Of a stretch of DNA of 60,865 bases, positions 7,164 to 15,993 are shown in pieces (the first letter of the stretch is position 1; every line of letters starts with the position of its first letter). Made by a program: the position numbers and the translations under genes. The notes under the pieces are model-generated. The model had not been told where the DNA came from, searched no databases, and saw only the letters and a list, made by a program, of their open reading frames with translations. The stretch lies in NCBI GenBank assembly GCA_020048755.1, contig JAIFMD010000002.1, positions 1 through 60,865 on the forward strand, given 5' to 3'. Source of the DNA: Spirochaetota bacterium. Lineage in GTDB: Bacteria > Spirochaetota > Spirochaetia > Treponematales > UBA12059.

Positions 7164-9437
7164 TCAAGAGGCGATGGCGATGTTCCAGACACTTGGCCAG
7201 TCTACTGGCCCTGCAGAGAATGCTTTCTTCAGGGCCACAAGGATTTCACTGGTTCCAGTCGTCCCGAGGGCTGTGTTCACGCCGGCTCCGTATGGTGAAT
7301 CAATCGATAGCCACGCCTCGGCTTCCTTGTCGCCAAGTGATCGTCGTGCCTCCGATCGATACACGGTCACGGCACCTGGTTCAAGACCGGAAGCGGCAAT
7401 GGCCCTGAGCAATGAAGCCGCAGAGTAGCCGGGGGTGCGTTCTTCCGTAAAAAACAACGAGTCTGCTTTCCTGAACGCTTCAAGCGTGGTTTCATCCAGA
7501 AACGGGGCCGCGATCCCTGGTACTATTCCTGGTTGAGGCGAGCGTTCGGCAAATACTATCTTGATGGGGGCTCCCTCACGAGTAAGCCCCTGGGCACAGG
7601 CCCTGATTCCAGCAATTGAAGCCGCTTCGTCGCCATACACCGACAGAAAGCCAGCCGCCACAACCAGGTCAAAATTGCGATGCCCGGCCACGGCCGCCGC
7701 GGCTTCCGATACCGATTCAGCATTGCCGCAAGCCGTTACCGTTGGCTTGCACAGGTCTTCGACATCGGTAAACGAGTAGGCAAGCCTCTGTAGTGAATTT
7801 TCGCTTCTGCATATGCCGCAGGCAGAGCCTTCCGGGCAGATGCGGACAGCCTCGCGGAGGAGCAGTCCATCGTCGGCCGCAAGCACGAGCACGTTGGCAT
7901 GTCTTGGTGGAAACGCCAGTTTGTATATTGCGTCCCTGAGCCCGGCAAGACCGTTGGCAGTACCCGCTTCTGCCCTGTCTGTCCAGGAAGCCGCTGATGC
8001 ATGGCTGGTTGGCGCGCCAGGGGATACTGGCATTCTGGCATCCAGTTCTCCGGATAGCCAGGCTGCAAGTTGCGCATCGCGCCGCCGGAGTACCTCGTCA
8101 CGTACCCTTGCCTCGTATCCCAGCATGCCCGGTTGGTAGAACAGCGCGCCTTTCAGCGTTTCAGGCAGGTATTGCTGGGCAGTCCAGTGGGTCCTGAATG
8201 CATGCGGATACAGGTATCCCGCACCGTGGCCCAGGCCCTCTGCGTCCCGGTTGGCGTCTTTCAGGTGGTCAGGCACCTCGGCGCGTTCAGCCTCCACTGC
8301 AGCCAGCGCATCGAAGTAGGCCAGGCCCGAGTTGGATTTTGGCGTAGTCGCCAGGTACAGGGTCGCCTCTGCCAGATGGAACTGGCCTTCTGGCAGGCCT
8401 ATGCGTTCGTAGGCCGCGGCACATGATTCAACGATGCCGATGGCAGCTGGATCTGCCATGCCCACATCTTCCGCCGCGGAAATGAGCAAGCGTCTGAAGA
8501 TGAAGCGCGGATCCTCACCCGCATACACCATCCTGGCCAGCCAGTACAGCGCAGCGTCGGGATCAGAGCCCCGCACGCTTTTTATGAACGCGCTCACCGC
8601 GTCGTAGTGGTAATCGCCATCCTGGTCGTACAGGACGGCGCGTTTCTGTATGCTTTCTTCCGCGGCATCCATGGTAACAAAAACGCGAGCGCCAGCCGCG
8701 GGTGGCCAGGGATCAACGCTTGTCTCCACCGCCAGTTCCAGCGCATTGAGGAGGCTCCTCGCGTCACCAGTGGCAACCTTTACGAGGTGTTCCAGTGAAC
8801 CGTTTTCAAAATCCACTATCCAGCGACCGTAACCGCGTTCTTCGTCCGCCACCGCCGCCCTGGCGGCGGCAAGCAGATCGTCGTCACCCAGCGGGTGCAA
8901 CTGAAACACACGGGAGCGCGAGACGAGGGCCTTGTTCACTTCAAAGAATGGGTTTTCAGTAGTCGCACCAATCAGGATTATGGTGCCGTTCTCTACAAAG
9001 GGTAAGAGCGCGTCCTGCTGGGCCTTGTTCCAGCGGTGCACCTCGTCGACGAACAGGATGGTCCTGCGGTCGTACAGGTCTCGCTCCCGCTTTGCGGAGT
9101 CAACAGAGTCGCGGATAGCCTGCACGCCGGAGAGTACGGCGTTTATCGATATGAAACGCGAACTGGTGGTATTTGCTATGACGCGGGCCAACGTCGTCTT
9201 GCCCGTGCCCGGAGGTCCGGACAGGATTATCGACGACAGCCTGTCCCGCTGGATGGCACGCCGCAGGAGCCGGCCCGGACCCACAATATGGTCCTGGCCT
9301 ATGAACTCATCAAGCTTGCGAGGCCTCATCCTGTCAGCCAGCGGCCCCGTATTTTCCTTAGGAGCCGCTCCAGCAAACAGGTCGTCACTCACCTTGCTGT
9401 TATTCCCTGACCCATCCGCCCCAAGCGGCATCGCCAT
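7164..9437 (-). CDS. rarA: Replication-associated recombination protein A (RarA/MgsA AAA+ ATPase) fused to a C-terminal ~300-aa methyltransferase-like domain
   Basis: LADRMRPRKLDEFIGQDH, Walker A GPPGTGKTT, Walker B ILFVDEVHRWNK, plus MgsA C-terminal helical region. An extra C-terminal region has class-I MTase-like strand patterns (VLVLAADDGLL, FDLVVAAGFL). The start is uncertain: ATG 9437/9431, or GTG about 9393 just after the upstream stop. Confidence 0.85.
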   Translation of the reverse strand: MAMPLGADGSGNNSKVSDDLFAGAAPKENTGPLADRMRPRKLDEFIGQDHIVGPGRLLRRAIQRDRLSSIILSGPPGTGKTTLARVIANTTSSRFISINAVLSGVQAIRDSVDSAKRERDLYDRRTILFVDEVHRWNKAQQDALLPFVENGTIILIGATTENPFFEVNKALVSRSRVFQLHPLGDDDLLAAARAAVADEERGYGRWIVDFENGSLEHLVKVATGDARSLLNALELAVETSVDPWPPAAGARVFVTMDAAEESIQKRAVLYDQDGDYHYDAVSAFIKSVRGSDPDAALYWLARMVYAGEDPRFIFRRLLISAAEDVGMADPAAIGIVESCAAAYERIGLPEGQFHLAEATLYLATTPKSNSGLAYFDALAAVEAERAEVPDHLKDANRDAEGLGHGAGYLYPHAFRTHWTAQQYLPETLKGALFYQPGMLGYEARVRDEVLRRRDAQLAAWLSGELDARMPVSPGAPTSHASAASWTDRAEAGTANGLAGLRDAIYKLAFPPRHANVLVLAADDGLLLREAVRICPEGSACGICRSENSLQRLAYSFTDVEDLCKPTVTACGNAESVSEAAAAVAGHRNFDLVVAAGFLSVYGDEAASIAGIRACAQGLTREGAPIKIVFAERSPQPGIVPGIAAPFLDETTLEAFRKADSLFFTEERTPGYSAASLLRAIAASGLEPGAVTVYRSEARRSLGDKEAEAWLSIDSPYGAGVNTALGTTGTSEILVALKKAFSAGPVDWPSVWNIAIAS

Positions 9438-10596
9438 AGGTGTTTGACCAGAGCCCGTCACCATCGGTAAGTGCAAAGACTTTCTGTGTTGGTCCGAGAT
9501 CAAAGTAGGGCATCGCTGTTACTGACAAGCCCGCCAGACTTGCTGAGAAATTCACGGCATTTGATAAAAGATCATGAGCTACATTTTTGGTAATTCCCGC
9601 CGTAAATCCTGTCGCAAAGTCAAATTCAAGGTATCCGTCCGTCGGTGGCGTATCGATATCACTTCTGGGGATGCCATTTGTACCAACGGCGAGTACCATT
9701 GTCGTATCGATATACGTGGGAATTGAAAAGGAATAGACTTTCGAGCTGGTATTTTTGAATTCTGTGGAAGATGTCCAGCTCGCCCCATTATCAGATGTAT
9801 AGAACAACTGGCCATTCCTGCCTGAAACCAGAATGCCGGTAGCATCAATCGCGCAAACGCCGCCATAGGTCGCCGCCAGAGGTGCCGCGACCGTGCTGCC
9901 GGTGGCCCAGTCGGCAGGGCCAGGTGCATTTGTAATGATCGTCGTTGTACCTGAAAGCAGGAATCCACCCGCCGTGAACCAATAAGCGCTATTTGCATAT
10001 GCAACAGAATTAGGCAAACCGATGGTTGCATCAGAGGTAATGCTTGTAGCCTCGAACGACGTTCCGTTGAAATGATGGATAGCGTAGGATTCATTGAGGT
10101 CGGTATCCACAGTAGAGCTGACCGCGAACAGCTGGTTGTTCGCCGCGAGGATAATCCGCAATGTGCTGCCAGCGGCAGGATATGTGGAATCGACACGCAC
10201 CCAGGTTGTGCCATCAGTTGTTGACCAGATGCCAAGGCCGCTTCCTGTTGAATCCGAGAAGGCGACGAATAGTGTATTGGTTATAACTGCGCCACTACCA
10301 GCTATAACTGTGCTGGTTGAAACAGATGATAGGTCAACTTTGGACCATTGGGCTGGTGAGTCAGTATCGGACTTCTTCCACAAGGTTCCGATTCCGGCAT
10401 AGTAGGTTGTGCCGAGGCGTACCACAAACGATGGTGTAGCACCCTGGATGTCAACCGTCATGTTTTCGGAGATCGGAGTTTCGGATGCTACTCTTGAAAA
10501 GATGCCTGCCTCGGTATCAGCGCATGAAATCAAAAAAACTGTAGTAACAGTAATCAATACATACAAGATTCGTCGTGTATACATCAAAGCTTTCAT
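9400..10596 (-). CDS. BNR/Asp-box beta-propeller lipoprotein (Ycf48/sialidase-fold-like)
   Basis: MKALMYTRRILYVLITVTTVFLISC signal plus lipobox. Asp-box motifs STTDGTTW and TSDNGASW. GAGGA lies 8 nt upstream of ATG 10596. Confidence 0.7.
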   Translation of the reverse strand: MKALMYTRRILYVLITVTTVFLISCADTEAGIFSRVASETPISENMTVDIQGATPSFVVRLGTTYYAGIGTLWKKSDTDSPAQWSKVDLSSVSTSTVIAGSGAVITNTLFVAFSDSTGSGLGIWSTTDGTTWVRVDSTYPAAGSTLRIILAANNQLFAVSSTVDTDLNESYAIHHFNGTSFEATSITSDATIGLPNSVAYANSAYWFTAGGFLLSGTTTIITNAPGPADWATGSTVAAPLAATYGGVCAIDATGILVSGRNGQLFYTSDNGASWTSSTEFKNTSSKVYSFSIPTYIDTTMVLAVGTNGIPRSDIDTPPTDGYLEFDFATGFTAGITKNVAHDLLSNAVNFSASLAGLSVTAMPYFDLGPTQKVFALTDGDGLWSNTYGDAAWGGWVRE

Positions 10597-10612
10597 ATAG
10601 CTATCCTCAGGC

Positions 10613-11215
10613 TCACAGGTGATAGGCAACGGAAAGCGTCGCCTCCAAAAAGAAGCCCACGCGGGTGTTTTCTTCGAACTCGGTCATTATCTGCGGTATG
10701 ATGTTCCCGAAGATGTTGAGCGCATAGCTCATATCGGTAGAAGCCTTCCAGTAGAACGAAGATCCGGCTTTGACGAGGGCATCAACGTGCTTGTCGTCTC
10801 CGAGGGCACTGATGGCTACACCGAGTCCGGCTGAAGGCGCTATCACAAAGGCCCCTATCGGGAAAGCCCTGATCATGCGCAGCGAGAGGGGGGCCATGAA
10901 CAGGCGGGCATCATTGACTGTGCTGATGTAACCACCGGAGAGGTCTCCAGCCAGGGCCCATGCCTCATTCAGGAAACCGGCGTAGGAAAGGGCAAAGGCA
11001 AAACCGGGGGTTGAATTGGCAGTCTCGAACCCTGGTGTATAAGGATTGTAGAATCCAAGTGGTACTACGGTTCCGAGTGAAAGCGACAGGATTCCATCGC
11101 CTTTTTCAAAACTGCTGAACGTAGACGATGCAAGCAATGCCTGCTCGTCCTGGGCATAAGCCAGTGAGCCGAGCGCTAGTGCCGCTACAAAAATTGCTGA
11201 TGGAAGGGAGCGCAT
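10613..11215 (-). CDS. Small outer-membrane beta-barrel protein (hypothetical)
   Basis: Signal peptide ending AYA-QD. Amphipathic beta-strand pattern. The C-terminal strand is EATLSVAYHL. Confidence 0.6.
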   Translation of the reverse strand: MRSLPSAIFVAALALGSLAYAQDEQALLASSTFSSFEKGDGILSLSLGTVVPLGFYNPYTPGFETANSTPGFAFALSYAGFLNEAWALAGDLSGGYISTVNDARLFMAPLSLRMIRAFPIGAFVIAPSAGLGVAISALGDDKHVDALVKAGSSFYWKASTDMSYALNIFGNIIPQIMTEFEENTRVGFFLEATLSVAYHL

Positions 11216-11308
11216 CGTTCCTCCGATTGATATCTCATGATTGACGGGCAGAATATACCATGTCCCGCGCTGCTCTGAAAAGGCACGGAGTGTTGCTACG
11301 GTTACGTG

Positions 11309-11869
11309 TTAGCGGATATTACGGCCGGATCTGGCAGAAGAAAGGGTAGCCCAGGACGAAGCATACGACGGGCCGGGTACCCATCTCAGCTCAAGTTGTG
11401 CCAGCAGATAGGTTTTTGCCCGTATTGACGAGACGGCAATATGGTCGATGATCAATGATTGAGAAGCCGGTATTCCAGAAAGTGATGCACAGAAAGCACC
11501 CCATCCGGCCTCAAATGGTCCACGCCTGAACTCTGAAGTTGTGGTTGCTGCAGGCGTTTTTGACACAAGTTCAGAGATACAAGCCATATATTCAGCAGGA
11601 AACCTTAAAAACACATCGTCATCCTGTCTTTCAAGGCCGGTCAGTTCAAACGGTAGGGTACATCGCGAAGCGAGGCCAGCCAGCGTTGCTCCATCAAGTG
11701 GTTCAGCTAGCCAGGTCAGAACCGGTACGTCAAAATAAGCCCGGGCACTCGGCGCTCCTAATTCTGTCCAGAATGCACGCCGTATGTCTGTAATAGATCT
11801 CATGACATTGCCAGGTGGAACCATGGCCAGTGCGATGGATGAAACTGTATCAGTTGTTCCCAAACCCAT
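11309..11869 (-). CDS. Hypothetical protein (layout faintly 2H-phosphoesterase/LigT-like but lacking both HxT/S motifs)
   Basis: 186-aa ORF with no competing frame. IALAMVPP...PVLTWL... resembles LigT strand order, but no catalytic His-x-Thr is present. Confidence 0.5.
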   Translation of the reverse strand: MGLGTTDTVSSIALAMVPPGNVMRSITDIRRAFWTELGAPSARAYFDVPVLTWLAEPLDGATLAGLASRCTLPFELTGLERQDDDVFLRFPAEYMACISELVSKTPAATTTSEFRRGPFEAGWGAFCASLSGIPASQSLIIDHIAVSSIRAKTYLLAQLELRWVPGPSYASSWATLSSARSGRNIR

Positions 11870-11918
11870 GAAGGCATAGTATACTCAGGTATACCTCCTG
11901 TAAAGGAAAGATATTGGC

Positions 11919-12689
11919 ATGACTTACAAAGTAGAACGCTTGGCCAACAAGCTCACCTCGATAATTTCATCCTGGCCCGGGGTAGAAAGCGTCGTCTCCT
12001 GTGAAGCCTCGGATACCGATGTAATCGATCCATATTTCGCCCTCGTCCTGGATGTGTATTGTTACGGTTCCATACCTGCTGGTGAAGAACGGCAGACTTT
12101 TTTCGACAATCCAGGAGCCTTCGAAACCTCCAAGAGTGGCGAGAAGGATCGCTTCTTCATAGACGGGCTTCCAATCCATCTGGAATACAAGCGGACACGT
12201 ACCATTGAAGACCTCGTCACAAACAGTATGGACGCAATCTGGATGTTTGGCACCGCTGGTACCTATATCATCTATCGTCTTGTCAATGGAAAAACGCTGT
12301 TCTCAAAATCTGACTGGCTTGAGCGGATGCGCGGCTCCCTTGCGGAGAGTCCTTCGGAGTTCTGGGATAGCCTGCTTGAAACGTATCAGCAGAAAATCGA
12401 GCATAGCCTCAGTGATCTGGGTGGAGCAGCTCTTAAAGATGACAAATTTTTCTATTTTGTATCTCTTGCCGGTTTTATACGGTCGTGCTCTTCTGCGCTA
12501 TTTGCACTTAACAAGCAATGGGAGCCTTCCGATCGACATATGACCACTGCGTTGATGTCGCTTCCCGTATTGCCTGATGATTTCGAGGGGCTATGGTCGA
12601 CCCTGATGCGTACCGATGGCTCGATCGATCCGGGGCGTCGGTATCAGATAGCCCAGTTGATAGCGCGCAGTGTCTTTGCACTTCTTTAG
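11919..12689 (+). CDS. Hypothetical protein, divergent nucleotidyltransferase-fold-like N-terminus plus helical C-terminal domain
   Basis: ATG with AAGGAAAG upstream. SCEASDTDVIDPYFALVLDVY resembles a degenerate GS-x(n)-D-x-D NTase core. The remainder is helical. Confidence 0.5.
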   Translation: MTYKVERLANKLTSIISSWPGVESVVSCEASDTDVIDPYFALVLDVYCYGSIPAGEERQTFFDNPGAFETSKSGEKDRFFIDGLPIHLEYKRTRTIEDLVTNSMDAIWMFGTAGTYIIYRLVNGKTLFSKSDWLERMRGSLAESPSEFWDSLLETYQQKIEHSLSDLGGAALKDDKFFYFVSLAGFIRSCSSALFALNKQWEPSDRHMTTALMSLPVLPDDFEGLWSTLMRTDGSIDPGRRYQIAQLIARSVFALL

Positions 12690-14295
12690 GCGCACATGCT
12701 CGCCTGTCGCAGTTATAATAACTCTGAATATCCTCGCTGGTTGTGGCACACAATATGTAGAAGGTCTGGTTCTCACTGTAGATGATTCCATAGTCTCGGT
12801 TTCGCGGCTGGACTCTGGCAAGGGGGCTAGCGTCGTTGCGGGCACGGTCGCACGATTCGCTTTCACGCGACCAATAGATTCGGGGTATCAGCGGGATTTT
12901 GCCGTTTATACGCAGGGATCAGGTGAACTGACTGTGCAACTGTTCTCTTCTCGCAAGGACAAAAACCCGGTAGCTTCTGCAAATTTCAGGCTAATTGAAG
13001 GTAAATCCGGGGAATTGCGGCTGGCTATCCCTGATGGTGCCAGCATTGCCCGTGCTGAATTGGGCTTCAACGAGGCTGGCAATGCCATCATTACAGCGTT
13101 CGGTGTTGTTCCAGCTTTTATTGGTGCACGGTTTGGCTCCACTTCTTATGTCATATCCAGCGGAACCGGCTACGCATCCAGTTCAGCGGCTTCGGACGCA
13201 ACACGTGCACCTCGTGAGATTTCAGTTGCTCTGCCGATCAAGCCGGATTCTTCATTATCGATCAAGCTTGATGCCGATGGAATTGCCAAGATAAGTGTTC
13301 TGGAACAGAACGGTGTAGCCAGGCTGGCTTTTACTGCCAGCGTTCGATCGGGAGTAGCGGTGTCCATACCGCTGTCAGCATTTCAGGGGGCTCAACTCCA
13401 GATGCCAGGCCGTGTTTCTGTTGAATCTGAAGACGGGCTGACGTCAGTCTGGATTGCCCCAGGCGGAGCTGCGCCCCTTGCCGACCTCCATGCAATACTC
13501 GCTGTTACCGTGCCGCTGGACGGCGATTATTCCTTGTACCGTTGGGATCTCCTTCCTGAGACCCTGGTTTTTGATTTTGCCGACTACGCAATTCAGGATA
13601 GTTATTTCAAGCGCCTCGCTTTTTTTGCCGAGAAGCCTGGGTTTAGGGGCAGGCTGGCACTCGATGAAGAAATAGAAGCGCTTCATGGCTGGAATGCCCA
13701 TGATTATTCCTCCGGAACACTGGTTTCATTTTTTTCAATCGCCCAGACAAGCAACTTCAAACTCAATGAGGATGAAAAAGCCCTGCTGGAATTGCTGGTT
13801 TCTCATGGAATACTCACCAGAGATTCCCGTGGCGTTATAGGTGAAGGTAGCGGTGCCATCATCTCTGTTTCGAGGGAGTCAAGCGCAGGGCTTAGACGCA
13901 TGTTCATGGATCATGAATCTTCACACGCCCTGTTTTTTCAGGATGCGGAATACAGAAAAATATCTGCAGAACTATGGGCTTTGCTTGGGCCGGAGGCCAG
14001 AAGATTCTGGATGCAACATCTGGCCTGGCGGCGATACGACACCCGTGACGAATACCTGCGTGTAAACGAGATGCAAGCCTACCTCGTGCAACAATCCGTA
14101 TCGTCAGTCAAGGCTTATTACGAGGCTTTGATAGAACGCCTGGCTGTAGCGTATCCCGATGATCGCGCACGTCTTGAGGCTGATTCCGTATTTGTCCTGG
14201 ATTCCGCTGTAACGGGTTCACAGATACTGGATTCCTACCTGAGGAAACGCTGGGGGCTGTCCGCAGGAAGATTTGGAAGGGTCAGAAAGTTCTAG
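12670..14295 (+). CDS. Lipoprotein with C-terminal HExxH (putative zinc metallopeptidase-like) motif
   Basis: GTG start. Signal plus lipobox (VAVIITLNILAGC). MDHESSHALFF carries HExxH, with a downstream NEMQAY as a possible third-ligand region. Confidence 0.6.
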   Translation: MSLHFFRRTCSPVAVIITLNILAGCGTQYVEGLVLTVDDSIVSVSRLDSGKGASVVAGTVARFAFTRPIDSGYQRDFAVYTQGSGELTVQLFSSRKDKNPVASANFRLIEGKSGELRLAIPDGASIARAELGFNEAGNAIITAFGVVPAFIGARFGSTSYVISSGTGYASSSAASDATRAPREISVALPIKPDSSLSIKLDADGIAKISVLEQNGVARLAFTASVRSGVAVSIPLSAFQGAQLQMPGRVSVESEDGLTSVWIAPGGAAPLADLHAILAVTVPLDGDYSLYRWDLLPETLVFDFADYAIQDSYFKRLAFFAEKPGFRGRLALDEEIEALHGWNAHDYSSGTLVSFFSIAQTSNFKLNEDEKALLELLVSHGILTRDSRGVIGEGSGAIISVSRESSAGLRRMFMDHESSHALFFQDAEYRKISAELWALLGPEARRFWMQHLAWRRYDTRDEYLRVNEMQAYLVQQSVSSVKAYYEALIERLAVAYPDDRARLEADSVFVLDSAVTGSQILDSYLRKRWGLSAGRFGRVRKF

Positions 14296-15993
14296 TCACT
14301 TGGCTACACGCTTCAACTCGTCAAGCACGACAGTAGCGCACCAGGATCGTGTCCTTGAGAGGAGTTCGTATGGTTCAGGTGGTAATTCACCGGCTTCGCG
14401 CCTGAAAGCCGCAACCGATGGAAGCATCGTTGTCCAGACATCCTTTTCATGTGCCCCGAGTCCGTCAAGATAGGAAGCGGCATGGTTGTAAGGTTCTGGC
14501 AAGCTGCCGATGTCTTTGGCGTACGAAGTCAGGAACTCCTCTGGTTTCTGGTAAGGGCGGCCTGCAGCAAATAGCTTGCCTGGTTTTTTCCTTCGAGATG
14601 GTACTTCTGACGCAGTTGCAGCGTGTACGCCAAATCCCCTGACCCTGACAAGCCTGCATGAAATTGAAGCCGAAAGGCGTTCCAGACGCTCTTTGTAAGC
14701 GACCAGCGGTTTTGTAACGTACCTGAAGCTGCCGTTATCGTCTTCCTGTCTGTCTATCGATTGATTGCGGTACAGGAATTCGGCAAACAACGATTCAGAT
14801 GGCTTTAGCCTCGACTGCCTTATGTCAAAATAAGGATAGATGTAGGTACCCCGGGCATAGCTTTTCCCAAAGGGGTATGAAAAATCAGCGCCGTAAACCC
14901 TTACGACCGAGGCTCCAAGATACTCGGCCAATGAAACTGCGGCGTGTGTTACGTTGCCACCTGATGTGTCGAGTACCGGAAAGGCCCTGAACCGTGACGT
15001 TATATACCGGGCCAGAGGATGCCCCGAGGAGAAGAAATACGGTTTTGAAGCGAGTCGGGAGACGGTTGGTGGCGAAGCCAGATCAAGGAACAGAGGAATG
15101 CGTTCCGGCATCCCCAACGAGAAATGATAGTAACTGATATGCTGGCAATCTATGCTTATGACGGCATCTGGCTCTATTCCGCGTTCCAGTAATGCCCGGA
15201 GGCTCGTATCGGTCGCTATCAGAAAGGTCCCTTTGGGTCTTGCGGAAATTTCATTGAAGTACAACTCCAGAGACGGGCCTGCCGCTGTAACATAGGCTTC
15301 ACGGATAGGTCCTACAGGCGGGGTCGGTTTGTTTGAAATTTCAAGGTTTCGAACTATGTTGGAGAACCAGCGTTTTCCAAAGAATGACTGTACGGAATAA
15401 TCATCGGAAATCACGCTTATTGCTCCACGGATTGAATCCGCAGCGCGCTGGAACTGTGCCTGCGAGAGGTCTATCCTGCCCCTGATGGGGACGGATACAA
15501 AATTCCCCGTAACAGATGGCACATAACTCGAGGCGATGGCATCGTCCAGTTCAGCATCGGTTGGATCGACGAGCAGGTGCAATCGTCTGTCGCCGAGGAT
15601 GTGAGTCAGATCTACACGTTCAAGAATGGCCCTAAGCATCGGGGCGTCATATTCAATGATGAGGCCCTTGGCAACCCTGCCGGCCTCGATCAATGACGCT
15701 ATTTCATATCCTGCGCCGAGCCCGAGAAACACATAGAACCCTGATTTTATATACTGGCCGGCAAGCCTGTTGGCTTCCCTTGCAGGATCAAATCTTGAGT
15801 GCATGTACGCATTCCGCCCATCGACGGCAAGATACGGCACAGGGAGCCCTTCTCGGGACAGAGCGACAGAAATCCTGCCATCAGGCTGTGCTGCCCGGAT
15901 CCGTTCGGCACAAGGAGGGGGGTGTTGTGAAGTTACGGCAAGCATGTTCCGTTCAAAAAGCTGTGGATCTAGCATGATCCGCATCCTAGCCAT
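14296..15993 (-). CDS. DUF115 / motility-accessory-factor (Maf)-like putative glycosyltransferase
   Basis: VTAAGPSL...LIATDTSLRALLERGIEPDAVISIDCQ matches the MptE/Maf-type core. Start alternatives are 15984 and 15975. It overlaps the upstream paralogue. Confidence 0.7.
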   Translation of the reverse strand: MARMRIMLDPQLFERNMLAVTSQHPPPCAERIRAAQPDGRISVALSREGLPVPYLAVDGRNAYMHSRFDPAREANRLAGQYIKSGFYVFLGLGAGYEIASLIEAGRVAKGLIIEYDAPMLRAILERVDLTHILGDRRLHLLVDPTDAELDDAIASSYVPSVTGNFVSVPIRGRIDLSQAQFQRAADSIRGAISVISDDYSVQSFFGKRWFSNIVRNLEISNKPTPPVGPIREAYVTAAGPSLELYFNEISARPKGTFLIATDTSLRALLERGIEPDAVISIDCQHISYYHFSLGMPERIPLFLDLASPPTVSRLASKPYFFSSGHPLARYITSRFRAFPVLDTSGGNVTHAAVSLAEYLGASVVRVYGADFSYPFGKSYARGTYIYPYFDIRQSRLKPSESLFAEFLYRNQSIDRQEDDNGSFRYVTKPLVAYKERLERLSASISCRLVRVRGFGVHAATASEVPSRRKKPGKLFAAGRPYQKPEEFLTSYAKDIGSLPEPYNHAASYLDGLGAHEKDVWTTMLPSVAAFRREAGELPPEPYELLSRTRSWCATVVLDELKRVAK

